DNA of 64,000 nt from Strigamia acuminata. Its lineage: Eukaryota. The translations under genes were made by a program, and so were the position numbers. Shown here one piece after another: positions 21,301-35,456 of the stretch. Each line of letters begins with the position of its first letter. Position 1 is the first letter of the stretch. The notes beneath the pieces were generated by a model. That model saw only the letters and a list, made by a program, of their open reading frames with translations. It was not told the DNA's origin and searched no databases. The DNA lies in contig OX442314.1 of assembly GCA_949358305.1 (NCBI GenBank), forward strand, positions 14,074,001 to 14,138,000, in the 5' to 3' direction.

Positions 21301-24221
21301 GTAACGAACTCATGGCCGACGTGCATTTCTTGGTCGGACCCAAAGGCAACACGCAGCGTATTCCGGCGCACAAATACGTTCTAGCCACCGGTAGTTCCGT
21401 ATTCTACGCCATGTTCTACGGGGGATTGGCCGACGACAACTGCGACATCGAAATCCCCGACGTGGAACCGGCCGCTTTTCTCGCCCTCCTCAGGTTATGA
21501 GGCGCAAATTGGCATCGAAATGTAAATCCTAAAAGTGTATTTTCTTTTTCTATATTTTTAGGTACTTATACTGCGACGAGATCGACCTGGAAGCGGACAC
21601 GGTTCTGGCGACGCTGTACGCCGCCAAGAAATACATAATTCCTCACCTAGCTCGAGCGTGCGTCACTTTTTTAGAGACTAGTTTGACGGCGAAGAATGCC
21701 TGCCTGCTTCTGAGCCAGAGCTGTCTGTTCGAGGAGCCGGAACTGATGCAGCGATGCTGGGAGGTGATTGACGCGCAGGCAGAAATGGCGCTCAAGTCGG
21801 AAGGGTTTGTTGATATAGACATAAACACGCTCGAGTCGGTGTTGGCTAGAGAAACTCTGAATGCTAAAGAGATGGTCTTGTTCGAGGCTGCTCTTAACTG
21901 GGCAGCTGCCGAATGCTTTCGCAGGGACTTGGAACCGACTTCCGAAAACAAACGCCAAGTTCTGGGTCGGGCCCTCTACATGATTCGCATTCCTGCCATG
22001 ACTTTGGAAGAGTTCGCTAACGGTGCTGCTCAATCAGGTATCCTAACGCTGCAGGAGACTACAGATATTTTCTTACATTTCACGGCGACTAACAAGCCCA
22101 TGTTGCAATTCCCTACTAAGATGCGTGCGGGTCTTAAGGCACAGGTTTGTCATCGATTCCAGTCGTCGGCCTACCGCAGCAACCAGTGGCGCTACAGGGG
22201 CCGTTGTGACAGCATTCAATTCTGTGTGGACAAGCGAATTTTCGTTGTGGGCTTTGGCTTGTACGGCTCGAGTAGCGGGGCGGCCGATTACAAGGTCAAG
22301 ATCGAGCTCAAGCGGCTGGGCAGAGTGTTGGCGGAGAATAACACCAAATTCTTTTCCGATGGCTCGAGCAACACGTTTCATGTATATTTCGAACATCCGA
22401 TCCAGGTGGAAGCTGATCTTTTCTACACGGCTTCGGCCGTCTTAGATGGCAACGAATTGAGTTACTTCGGCCAGGAAGGACTCAGCGAAGTTGTCGTCGG
22501 CAATGTTACATTCCAGTTTCAATGTTCTTCGGATAGTACTAACGGAACGGGTGTTCAAGGTGGTCAGATCCCCGAGTTAATTTTTTATGGACCTTCCCAG
22601 TCGTCGGACTGATCAGATCACAGCTCGAGAGGAAAAATTATTTGGATGTTGATCCTCCCGTAGTTATTTCTATTTTTTTCTTTTTTTATAACCTATTATA
22701 TTGTTTGTGCATTTAATATCCTTTACTTCCTATTTAATCCATTTTTCGGTATAGATTAGATAGAGTTTTTGCACTTTTTTGACCGGTCACTTGAACATTT
22801 ACTTCTTTTTTTTATATACTTGATTTACTTAATTTACTCGGTTTACTTAATGATTTAAAAAGAAATGCAAGTGTTTTTACTTCTAATTTGTATGTTTTTT
22901 TTTGTGTAATATTAAAAATATATTATAAAATATGCAAATATTATAGAATAAAATTCTTGTAATGAAGCATTACCGTCACAATTGCAATGCAATTACGCAG
23001 TTTCTGTATATAACCTCAAATTAGAGAATTTGTCTATCTGTATAAACAAATCCATTAACCGTGTACAAGTAGAAATTTCAAAGGGCAATACATTTGATTT
23101 TAAAAGCTAACTGTTCAGCTTAGCCTTTCTTTTAGATTGCATTAAGCCTAGCTGCACAATATGTATAAACTTGGATAGAGTAATAAATATTCATCTTCTC
23201 ATAACTTATCGCGCAGTTTGTTTTTACTTACCTAACGATGGAGGTTTGATGTGCAAAAGATTCGACAGTGCCAAGTAGGTATGACCGAGCGTGTACACAT
23301 TAACCTAATAAGTGTTATTAATAATAAATTAGCATTTTGTTAAGTAAATCTAAAAGAAAAAAATGTTGTGTACCTGGATAATATCACTGATATCCAACAG
23401 CATGATAGCGGCTAATTTAAAAACAATAAACACAAATTTAGTTACCAATTTAAACGTTTTTCGAATGAAATTAAATACGCGGTGATTCGTCAGTGCGGCA
23501 TGCGATGTATAAACAAGCAGCGACGACGTGAGCCCGAATTCTGCCTCTAGTAAACCGTTTGGCGACGGCCTGTTTGAAGAGATTAAAAGCCGTCTCTATA
23601 TTGTGTGACTTTAGTTGCAGAGGTTGAGCTAATTCAGAAATCAGTCTTCTTCCTGCAAATAAAAAATAAAGTTATCGAAATATTTTTCACTGATAAAACA
23701 ATACCGTAAATGCTCTAATAGAACGCGAGATACCCATTCAAAGCGGGTCTAAAGTAAATGTCTAAATTGAACAAAACGACTAAAATAAATGTGAAAATTG
23801 ATAAAAAATAAAATAAAAAACACTAAAAAAAAAACTGCTTAATTCTATCAATTGAAGACCCGCGTTTTATTTGAACATTTATGATAATTTTAATTTTGTT
23901 TACCAATTTGCAAAGTTACCGCCTTAGATTCCTTACTCAATCCGTGATGAAATGCTCCACCGCCTGCCAAGCATTTACCTAAAATAAATTGTAAATTGAT
24001 TACAAATTGTCGTAAATTTGAATTCCAACGCGTGTACCATCGCTCGACACAAACTGGCCGACAGCTGCACTACCACCACGTCCAGTTTCTTCGAACTGAA
24101 CTTCAGATACAATAATATCTTCTTCCAAAACGAATCCACAATTTGTACAAACAGAACTTCCTAGGACAGGATCGTTGTCGATGTCACTGCCACCGCAGCT
24201 TGGGCAAGTCAGACTTGACAT
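18337..24221 (-). CDS. BRF1: transcription factor IIIB 90 kDa subunit (multi-exon)
   Basis: Zn ribbon CPSCG...[16 protein letters not shown], cyclin folds ([16 protein letters not shown]), [42 protein letters not shown], and an acidic tail. Confidence 0.96.
20758..22612 (+). CDS. BTBD6: BTB-BACK-PHR protein (BTBD3/BTBD6/lute family), nested antisense in BRF1 intron 20515-23231; exons ~20758-20827, 21115-21493, 21562-22612
   Basis: [61 protein letters not shown] and [18 protein letters not shown]. Splice phases are consistent. The gene is co-orthologous to BTBD3 and BTBD6. Confidence 0.95.
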
Positions 24222-27200
24222 TTTGATCTGAAAAATAATTGTTCGATTAATCGTGGCTTCCGTCATTTAATTTTACTAGAATTTAATAAATATTTCTAGT
24301 TTCATTTGGAATAACTACCTGTCAATGTAACAGACACGTCGAGTAGTAATCAAGTTGAATTTGATTTGAGAGGAAAATTGATTAACACGCCTATTTACAA
24401 GCCGACTACTAAACTGAATTTCATACCACGTGTGTTGGTAACAGGTGTTCCAGTAAATCTATTTATTTTGTACATATAACACCGGATAAAACGCCACACT
24501 GCCAATCCACAAATAAGGTTAACACTAAATCCCGGTGTAGTAAAAAACGGAAAAAATTTCACGTTTTTAAAAAATACGTTCTCAAAGCGTTGTTATTTTG
24601 GATTTGACAGCATCTCTCGTTAGGTGTCTCTTACAGCTTTGACCTTCAGCGATAGACTTTTCTAGAAAAAATTCGCTGTACTTCATTTAATTATGAAATA
24701 AAGTGCATTAAATAATTCGTGAAATTTATACGCAACAAAAAAAAATGCCTTAGAGTTTTTGCTAATTATTCCAAAAACATAAAAAAAATTTTTTTTGGAA
24801 AAATTTAATTTTAATAATTTCTTATAAAAACAATTTCTTGATTAAAATAATGAAAGAAACATTCTCTCTCTTTTATAATTCCCATTCCGATGCAAGCTAC
24901 ACTAAAAATAAAGCGATGACTGAATTTTCCAACAATGCGTCAGTAGCTACGGCTCAGTGCAGTGACGCATGCGCATTCTGAGTAGTAGGAAAAAATCGAT
25001 AAAATGTTCACACTAGCTAGATACGTTCTGCAAAGCTCAATCACTTACTTGTTTTATCCACGAATATTCCAACTGCATTTGCCTCCAATGATTTATAAAT
25101 TCCAAAACCCGCAACAAAGATTTAAAAATGCAATTTAAAAAAATTAAATAAAAAATAAAAACACCATAAAATGTTTTAAAAGTATGATTTTTATATATTT
25201 CATTTCATATAAACAAATTACAAGGATAAATAATCTACATGAAACTGATTTGATTTAAATTTAAATTTAAATTTCCATAAGTTAAAATTTACTTGCAATT
25301 ATTTTGAAATATTCTTTTCAAAATGGCAAATAGATTTAAAATGTAGATTTATTTAAAAATAAAAAAAAATAAAAATAAAAATCAATTCCAGTGAATTTTT
25401 GTACAAAGGCAGTATTGATTCTGATATAGTTAAGACAAAAAAAAAATAAACAGAAAAACGTAAAAAATAAAAAATCGAGATTTCTCTACCTTTCCAGATT
25501 TGTAAAAGCCAGCATAACACAACCATAAGACAAGACTAGATTCAATGTCTCAATTCATTTTCCATAATTCAGTTTATCACAGACAAGTTGAAGAAATCAT
25601 TTCTCCACCTTTTCATTTGTTCTTTGCATAACATAAAATACATGCTTTAAACTCGACCAATTTTCAAATACAAAAACCGAAACTAGGAAAGATAGAAAAT
25701 CTCATTTCTCATCAAATACACAAAATATAATAATAATAATTAATAATTAATAATAATAATCAAATTTTTACACCGTTTCATTGCTAAAGTCCCATTCCGT
25801 TGTCCATCTTTGACATGTCTTACAATTCCGGCCAATAGGGGCCTTTGAAATCAAATTTTCTCATTTTTGAACATCAATTTTATACAAATAATCTCATTCA
25901 GATAAATAAAAAAAAAATCTAAATTGTTTCCGGGCACATTTAAAAAATTAAATGCATTTAATATGCAATTGTTTTTCAATTCCGTATCAATTTGAGGTCA
26001 AATAATATAATGCAACGGTTTGTTACACTTGAACTACATTTTTGCACATACAAATAAGAAGTTTATTGTAAGAACATGTCAACACTCGGAAACCAATCTC
26101 ATCAAATTTGTAAAAAATACACTTTTTACATGGATCCCATCGATTAGTCTTAATTCGTCTTTGTAACAGTCGATTTATTTCTTCTCTCGTTTCTCTCATC
26201 TTTTTTTTCCTCCCATTTTACAAAACTAGTCATTTTGGTGAAAAAATCTATTGCTTGGTTCAAAAACCAGCTAATATGCAACAGGTAATTAAATTTCTCT
26301 TGTATAAAACGATATACATCATGTACATAATTTATAAATCATGTTATGGTAGTGTAGTACGTTCAATAACAAGTTGCTCATTTGGCAAAGAGGGGACTGT
26401 GACCTATGAATTTCTCATTTTTTCGTAAAAATAAACAAATCTTTTCACAATAATAAACATCATTTTACAATCTTAAGAAATTGCCTTCCATTAACTTCCA
26501 ATTTCAATATTTGAAACTGCAATTCCAATTAATGGTAATCATAATTATTAGAAAAAGAAAAAAAATTTGCTTTTATTGAATTTTCATATTTTTTTAATCT
26601 CCCACAAAAAAATGAAATAAAAATTTGAAATAATTTTTTGAAAAACTGAGCTTTAAAAACTGACTAAAACAGTTTGGAAACTGTATGTTTTTACTGTAAA
26701 AAATCCTCCCTAAACTTTAGTTGTGACCTTAAGGCAATTTTTTCTAAGTCAGCTGATCAACATGACTGGGCACTAGACTGTAAACTCAGCCTACGGCGCC
26801 TTTTTCTAATAAGAATGACCTGTGACTTAAATTATTTCAGTTTGTTTCCTGTTCAAACTGTAGGGTTAAAATAAACAAAACAAAATTTCAAATTTTATAT
26901 TAAAAAAAAAAAAATAAAGTTGATTAACCTGTCGTAAATTGAGAGATTAAAAAAAAAATATAAAAATCCAATTTCGTAGAATGCCCGATGTAATTTTCAA
27001 AATTTATCAAAAAACACATTTCTCCCGACTTTCGATTCATGTATATATACACTTATGATACATTCAATAAAATTAGTTAAAAATCGTGATAACCTCCAGT
27101 ACCTACATATTTTTTTTGTTTGTTTTTAAATTATATACAATTTTGTAGAATAAATACACCAAAATTCCATGTCATTTGTAAAATAATAAAAATAATAATA

Positions 27201-29178
27201 AAAAACACCACAATGCTCATTTTTTATAAATTTATCCACCATTTTGTGACTTCCCTCCAAAATTGACAAGCAATAGTTTCAAGTTGTGAGAAGAATAAAA
27301 ATCTTAGATGGAAACAGGTTGCTTGTCTATACCAAAAGAACCCACCCTCGTTTTAGAACCTCCCCCCGACACAAAGGGAGTGTGAAAAAACCTGAAATAC
27401 AAAAAGCTAGACCGAAAAAAAAAAAAAAAAAAAAACACGACAAAATAAAAATTTGTATATAAAAAAGAGAAACTTTGGCTGCTTTTGAGAATATGATTTT
27501 TTTTTTTTTACTTTTCCATATCTTAACCTGTTATTGAATAAAAAATGTAACATGACTTTAAATCTATGGCATAAAAATCTTTGGAGTTGTCATAACTATT
27601 TTTTTTTTCTCTTTAAATTTCATTAAAAGTAATAATAGTAGTTGCGTAAAGTGCGCAGTTTCCGGGCGACAAAAAATGTGAGCTTATTGCTCCTCGGAAA
27701 AATTGTACAACTCAGATGGCAACGCAACTGGCGCTTTTCATTTTCCTCGCCACGGTAACAAAGTTGGCAGGAGTTAGAGTGTGATTGGCTGATCAAAATT
27801 ACGGGAAGGGAAAAAAATCTCTTTAAAATGGTGTTGAGTTTTCCGAATCGTGTATTTTGGACGGTAAAAATGTTTCAATTTCGAATTTATAGATTCAATT
27901 TCAAAATCGACTTGTTTTTGGTCGTTGGCCCTTTAGTATGCAACATTCAAGGCATTGTGGTTGAGTTTTTATTTTATTTTTCCCAATTTCCGCTTGTGTT
28001 TTTATTTCAATTTCTTGTTGTTTATAAAAGATGGCGCTCGTCATCAAATCGTTTAGTTCGCTTTTGCGAAATGTACAAGTTGAATATTGTATGCAAAAGT
28101 TGCAATCATCTAAAATATTCTTACGCGTAATTTGAGTATCCCATTTTTTAAGATTCTAAATTTAAATTATTTTATCAAACGTTTTCTAAATTACACCGTA
28201 TTTTTTTTTTTTACGTAATGGCAGGAAGATGGTTCCTAGTCTCGAGATCTGTTTTTATTTTTTTTTTTAATTTTTTAAATTTTATTTTCCCTCTATATAT
28301 ATATAGATATATATATTTTTGTAATATATTAAAATATTGCTCACATTTTCTCAAGTCTTGGTAATTGAAAAAAAAAAATTGTTTTGTTTTCGCATATAAA
28401 AATTGTATTTTAGGCCCATTTGTATTCGAAGAGTCATTCAAATTGGAAGTCTAATCACTAAATAACCAGAGGAAGATAACTAAGATTAGTCATATCAACC
28501 AACATTTCCTTGTTTCATATCTCGTTACCAAAATCAACGTCTACAAATTTAACTATTTTTTTTAAAAAAAAAATAATCTAAATTAATTTAAATTTAAATT
28601 TAATTTGTTGCTGCTTCATTTCAGGCGAATATAAAAAAAATTTTAAGAAAAATATAAATTTAAAACAAAAAAAAACGGCCATCAAATAAAAAGCTATCTA
28701 AATATAAACTGACCAATGAATAAATTTCGCCTCATTTAGCTACATTGCGCGTTAACTTTTGTGTATCAAAATTTAAAAATTCATTTTATGTAAGGAACTC
28801 TTCAATTTCTCCTGATTCATTTCTTAAAAAAAAATAAAAACTGCCTAATATTTCATAAATAAATTTAAAAAATAAAAATTAATCAGTATAAAATTTTTAC
28901 CCTTAAAAAAAAAGAAAAAAGAAAAAAAAGACTGCATTAGTTTCGATAATTCTCTCAGGTTGTGTATAAATAACATAAAATCAAATCGCAAAAAGCTGTT
29001 AAAATGGTAGTGAAAAATAACCTCTCACAATTTCATTTTTTTCCAACAAACTTAAAATCTCATCATCAAATCGTTATAAAAACCAATCTATAAAAAATAT
29101 TTCCTCACCCTTCCTTCCCTCCCTCCTCCCCTTTGGTCCCAAATTTCTCAAAAGCAAAAGAAAAGGAAAGAAAAACAA

Positions 29179-30150
29179 TCACATTCCGACTAATATGTGC
29201 ATAATGTGATCTAATTCTTCACTGAGGAACTCATTTTTGAAGCAACCGTTGCTCGAAACTCCAGCCTCGTTGGTGGGGAAAGAACGGAGCAACTCCTCCG
29301 CACTGAGCGGAGTGAGCCTGACGTTGGGCGGGGATAAGGGAAGGAGATCGAAATCGTAGAGAGAGAGATCAATGTCTCCGAAAATTTCACTGCCACTCGA
29401 CGAGGACGAACTCGTGCTGCTGCACGACGAATCGCAACTCGACGTGGGATAACTCGTGTTCTGCACGGAAATAAAATCAGTTTCATTTTGGCTGCTTAGA
29501 TTAAGTACAGTGCTCCAACTAATACTGGACGCATTTCTCTCGTCCGGTTCACTCCATAAGGCACCACAAGAATCTGTTCGACATGGACCGGACTCGAGAC
29601 TGGAGGGAAATGGCGTGCTTCGGCCGAAACCGTTCAACTCGCTTAGATTTTTCTCGTAATCAACCGATGCCGAGAACGTGGGAGTCCGAACATCGATCGG
29701 TTCGAGGCGATTCGACGAAGACGAAGACGACGATGAAGAAGACGACGACGAACACGACTCTTCGTGTTCCAACTGCGGGGGTGTGATCGGGCGCCCAACA
29801 GGTATCGACGTGCTCGCTTGTGGACTCAAGAAAGCGTTGGCGTTCACTTGGATTGGCAGTGGATCGAGCGTGATGTTATTGTCCGCCTGGAGTGCCGGCA
29901 AGAAGCCGGCAGTTGCCGTTACGGATGCGCAGTGGATGCCTCGACTTTCCATCTCCCGCTCGATGTTTCGTAGTGTGTTGCAAATGAGCACCGAGCGCCG
30001 TAAACTCGGATCGGGAATTTGACGGTACCGATTTAACTTACATAGGGAAATGGTGAAAATGGATTCGCGGTCTTGCGATTTTATACCGTCGTCCTCGTCC
30101 TCGCCGTCGTCCAGTTTTCGTTTCATGCCGCGTTGGCCTGGACTCAGCAT
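29179..30150 (-). CDS. SERTA-domain transcriptional co-regulator (SERTAD2/CDCA4/taranis family), single coding exon
   Basis: GMKRKL, SERTA motif SIFTISLCKL....DPSLRRSVLICNTLRNIE, DIDLSLYDFD, and C-terminal ELDHIMHILVG. Confidence 0.92.
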   Translation of the reverse strand: MLSPGQRGMKRKLDDGEDEDDGIKSQDRESIFTISLCKLNRYRQIPDPSLRRSVLICNTLRNIEREMESRGIHCASVTATAGFLPALQADNNITLDPLPIQVNANAFLSPQASTSIPVGRPITPPQLEHEESCSSSSSSSSSSSSSNRLEPIDVRTPTFSASVDYEKNLSELNGFGRSTPFPSSLESGPCRTDSCGALWSEPDERNASSISWSTVLNLSSQNETDFISVQNTSYPTSSCDSSCSSTSSSSSSGSEIFGDIDLSLYDFDLLPLSPPNVRLTPLSAEELLRSFPTNEAGVSSNGCFKNEFLSEELDHIMHILVGM

Positions 30151-31377
30151 GGTGATGCAAATGACCACTGGTGTCGTTCAGGTTGACTGCTCCCAAGGAA
30201 ATGGCCTTAAATCAAATAAAACAAAGTTTGTCGTAAGTCAACTGTTGTCTTTTTAACTCGATTTACTACTTTCCAGAGTTAATCACGTGAATATTTAATT
30301 CGCTCGTTTATCTGTGATTTTGTGTGTGTTTTTTCTACCGATTAGTTTTTATAAAACCTCTTGTTTTTAGCAAAAGATGGAAACTATCAAATAGGTAAGT
30401 AGGTCAGCGCCAAACATGCGAGCACACAACCTCACTTCATCAAATGCGTTTTACACGTTAAAAAACAACATTTTCCCAGTTAAAATATTTAATTCGCAAT
30501 TTCTTCTCAGCATTTTTTTTTTCATTTTCCATTCACTTTTTTGAAATTTTTTTTTTTGAAATTTTTTTTTATTACATTTTTTTTATTATTATTTTTTTTT
30601 TATTTATTATTATTTGTTTTATTTATTTATTTATTTTGAAATTACAAATTATTTTCAACAATTCTGTCAAGCTTTCCTTCTCTACTTCCACAAGTTGATG
30701 TAATCTTAAAATGGGCCATGGTCATTTTTAACTCAACTGCAAAAACTTTTTACAACATAAAATTTAAAATTTTTAAAAACTCGAAAATAAAAATAAAAAA
30801 AAAAACAAAAATAAAAAAAAAACCAATCCTCACAAAATCCAACGAAAACGGTAAAAACCCAGCTCGAAATTCAGTAGAAACCATGAAGTAACTGTGACTA
30901 TGCAAGTACGAATCATAGATCCTGGTAGAGCTAACGATGAGTCAACAAACAACTACCAAAATTCAAAAAACTAAAATAAAAAACAAAGAAAAAATAAAAA
31001 ACAAGGAAAAAAAAGCCGCTAAAATTCTAAACGATAAGCTATCTGGACGTAAAAGACAAAGTTTAAAACATCAAAACTTGGTAAATCCTGTCAAAAAAAT
31101 CAACCACATTACTACCGTCGGCGATGTGCGCGAAAAAGTGGGCAGAGATGAATAGTTACTAACCTGTATCGGGATAAAATCCTATAACGCGAATTGCTTA
31201 TTTAGCCAAACTCGTCAAGGTGAACTTGATCTCTCAGCATGTCGGCACGCTGAGCTGAGGTCCATCCGAATCCTCGGCACAAGGAAACATGGCGCAAGCA
31301 GGCAATTTCCAACTAAAATGACCCGAAACTAGAGGGAGCCGAGAAAGCAAAGCCCAGACCTAGCACTACGTATTTCA

Positions 31378-31391
31378 TGACGTCACCCAAT
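31378..31391. promoter_or_regulatory. CRE palindrome plus CCAAT box, candidate promoter of the SERTA gene
   Basis: TGACGTCA (31378-31385) directly followed by cCCAAT, in a GC-richer island just upstream of a minus-strand non-coding exon (donor near 31162). Confidence 0.55.
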
Positions 31392-33016
31392 ACAGATACA
31401 GCTCATACTTGATAGGCTCAGAGTTTTGGCAAAGAGCCAAATGTTTGTTCCTAACTCAGCTGGCCTAGCTTCGTTCGGCTCCTCCGTCTAAAGTGAGCCC
31501 CGTCCATTCTCTGCTGCTGAGGGAAGAGCGGAGCAACAAGCTTTACTTCTCCACCTACAGTCAGTCTATAGTACATTGCAATCCGCTATAAAAAATTGAA
31601 AATTACAAAACGGAGCAATTTGTTGCGTTTGTTCACAATTCCACGGCTGATTTTTCAATAAAAATTCCAACGTTTCGTTTTTCCACTTTTTCCACTTTTT
31701 TCTTCCCGTTCCTACCCCCGTTCGAGTTGAACTCGACCAGACCAAATCTCCATAAAATGCCAGAACAGCAAGTAGTGGCGGAAAATAAAACTTTTAAATT
31801 TTAAATTTTTCGCCTTAAATATTTTGAAAAAAATGCACAACAAATTGCAACTTGCTTCAATTTAATTTTCTTTTTCTTTCTGCTTACTCGACGGTTTAAA
31901 GGAATTTATTTTTTTTTAAAAAAATATAAAAAAAAATTATTTTTTTTAAAGATTTTATATTTTTTATAGAAAAATTATACTTTCATCTTGTTTTCTTTCT
32001 GCAACAAACTCAACACAAAACTTCATTTCGTTACAAATTTAAATTTTCAAAAAAGAGACTCAATTCCTGAAGTCCGACCACGACCGGCCGGCCGCACAGT
32101 CCATGAGTAGGTACAGGGTCGTTATGGAGGGAAAAGTAAAGAAACTGTCTGAAAAGTTTCGTTCAAGAAGTATTAAATGTAGTACTTACTTAATTAAGCA
32201 ACATATCTTCGTCTGAAATCGTTTTTCTTCGCCGAGAGTGGTTTTGAGAAGCTTCAATTGCAACTAAAGAGCCTCTTCAAACTACCTTGTTCCACAAGCA
32301 CAGGCACTGACTGACGCAGCCGTGATATACGCATGAAATGCGGCCGCACTTCGGCTAGCCTGCTGGGAATCTTTAACGTCGAGAATTACTACGTCACTCG
32401 CTATCCTCGTTCTGTTAGAAGCGAGACAAATTAGGATTTGAAGCCAGAATGGAAAATTCACACGTTTTCTTTTCTTTCGGCTGGAAATATGTTTATTCCG
32501 AATGTCTTTCCACATTTCCGAGCCCTTTTGAAATTCCAAACATCAAGAAAATAAATATAAAAATATTAAACTTCCTAAATTAAATTAAATCTTAATGAAA
32601 TTTAATTTCGTCTGTAATAAAGATTTCTATTTTTAACGTTTAGAATTTTTATTTTTATTCCCATCTATTTAATACGGGTAAAAAACGAACCAAAAAGTTT
32701 CCCCTCACTCACTACTTGTCGCAAGATTCACTATTGATCTGTCACCCAGCATATAAAGTAGAAAATCAATATTTCCCTAGCTCAGACAGCTTCAAGTACG
32801 GTGTAGTGAAAAAACGGTGATTTGGGGAGAATATATTCAAATCAATAAATAAATACTGCAAATAATTGTTTAAATATATTTTTAAAAACACAATCAATAC
32901 AAAATTAATTTCAATGTTTACCTGATAACTAAAAATCGTTATCTGATTAAATCCACTGTAAATAAATCATACTTAATAATAATTTTTATTAAATTCATTT
33001 TTATTCGATCAATTTT

Positions 33017-35456
33017 TTAAGTAAATCCTGTTAATTTCTGCACAGCTTTTTCCTGATCATTCGCACTCATGACCTGATACGAGTCCAGCATCATGGTAAA
33101 AGTTGCCAACCCCGATGTAATGATTCGCAAACTCGTGGAATATCCAACCATTTCGGCTAATGGAACCAACGCATTGAGAGTTTTCAAGTTTTGCTGCTCA
33201 CCAACTTGTAAAACCTGAGCTCGGCGTCTGTTTAGGTCACCGAGAATACCATGAAGATGCATCGGTTCAGCAATAACTTCGAGCCTCATGACAGGTTCGA
33301 GTAAAACAGAACCACCCTTTCGTAAAAGTATGCTTACACATTTGGAAGCAGCGGCGGAAATGGACGGCAACGACGAATGCGAGTCCACGTCGAGCCAACG
33401 AATTCCGATTTCGACATTTTCCATCAGAAAACCGAGAACCGGACCATTCAATAAAGCTAGTTTTACCCCATTTTCAATTGCCTGCAAGTGCGATTTCCGT
33501 ATTTGAGCCAAATTCTCCTGGTTTTCTCGCGAATAATCAAATTTCACCTGTTAAAAATTTAAAAATAAATAAAATATCAACAAAATACTTCAAATTAATC
33601 ATTTAACCCACCAAAGGATGTTTATCTTCACTCGGTTTTACCCCGAGTGTCACCACAACACGATTTTTAACACCACCGATGCTGTGATTGAATGTGACCG
33701 TTTCAACTGCCGAAAACTGCACCGTTTCCCTATACGACACCTGTAGTGGTCCAATCTCAGCTTTCACCTTATACTGTTTCTGAATCCTATCTTTAACGAT
33801 ATCCAAATGTAATTCGCCCATACCTAAAAATAAAAAACATTAAATTCCATATCTTTTAAACACAATAATTCAACAAAATACCCGACAAAACCGTTTGTCC
33901 AGTTTCTGAATCCGTTTCAACACGAAGACTAGGATCCTCTCGCTTTAAGCACAACAGCGCATTCTCTAGAGGTTTTTGCTGCGATAAAGACGATGGTTCA
34001 ATGGAGCAGAAAAACACTGGATCGGGAACGTGCAAACCACCTAATAATGGAGCGACGTCGCAAACTTTGTTTTTACTTTCTTCGGCATACTTTTTCGTCG
34101 CTAAATTGGCCGCACTCGAGCTCGAAACAATCGTATCCCCCGTAACGGTATTTTTTAAACCGGTCACCGCAACAATGTTGCCGGCCGTTGCCTTTTCTAT
34201 TTGTTCGTATTCGTCCGCATAAATCGTGAATATTTTCCCGACTTTTTCGACGCATTTTTGATTCACGTTGAACAATTTCTGTCCTTGTTTTAACTCCCCG
34301 CTGTAGATTCGGATAATGTTGACAAAATCCTTTTGCGGGTCGTACAAAATCTTGAAAACCAGTGCGGTGAATTGGCCGTTGTAATATTGCACGTTTTTAC
34401 ACTTCACGTCTAGTGGAGAGGGCAAATAATCGACGACGGCATCCATTAGTAGTTGAACACCGATGTTCTTGTACGAACTACCGCAGAAAACGGGAACGGC
34501 TTGAGAATTGTGTAAAGTAATTCTTCGTATGGCGTTTTGCAGCGTTAAAGGCTCGACGTTTTCCCAATTATCGCTAGTCAGAACGAAATCAGCCAATTCC
34601 GGGTCCAAATCGACAGCAGTTTCGATTAATCTCCTTCGACCATCGATGGCTAATGTTTTGATTTCTTCCGTTTCGAGTGCTGAAGAAGCGACATAAGTTT
34701 TCCCCTTGTTACTTGGATTCCACTTATACATTTTCATATTTACCAAATCAACGAGACCGTTCAATTTGTTCTCTTTAAACGTTGGCAAGTTAAGTAACAG
34801 CGGTACCACCTTCAACTTTTGCTCCATACTTTGTATACACATTTCTAGACTAGCTGTTGGTTTGTCCATTTTGTTGAGGTATATAATCCGGGGTACATGA
34901 TATCTGTTTGCCTGTTTCCATACAGTAAATGTCTGCGCTTCAACACCTAAATTAAATGAAAAGGAATTTTTTTATTTTAATACAAATTTAACATCATCTG
35001 CTTGCATCTAATACCCGCAGAAGCATCAAGGATGGTTACAGCACCATCCAAAGCACAAATTGCCCTTTCAACTTCCATGGTAAAGTCGACATGGCCGGGT
35101 GTATCGACTAGATTTATTTTATGATTTTTCCAATTGAATGTAATGGCGGCCGAGTTGATAGTGATGCCTCGAGAACGTTCTTGCTCCATGTAGTCCATCG
35201 TAGTGTCCCCATCGTCAATCTCGCCCATTGTCCGGATAAATCCGGAATAATATAACATTCTTTCGGTAGTTGTTGTTTTTCCGGCATCGACATGGGCCAG
35301 GATCCCGATATTTCGGATCTGTTTTCCGTCGACATTTTCTCCATTTTGTGCATTACGTCTGCAAAACCTCTTGATAAAGATTACTGTTTTATTGTTTGGT
35401 TTATTAAGGAGGAGTTTTAAGTAATGGAAGCTTTTAAAACTCAACATTGTGCCCAT
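33017..35456 (-). CDS. GFM2: mitochondrial ribosome-releasing factor 2 (EF-G2mt), 4 exons
   Basis: [83 protein letters not shown]. Confidence 0.93.

Noticed and set aside
24300..29100. Hidden protein-coding or tRNA genes in the BRF1-SERTAD gap
   Set aside because: The ORFs are AT-rich low-complexity sequence without motifs, and no tRNA boxes or cloverleaf were found by eye.
29456..30256. Plus-strand ORFs opposite the SERTA gene, and similar antisense ORFs over BTBD, GFM2, gag and ninein
   Set aside because: They are shadows of GC-richer coding sequence and have no recognisable domains.
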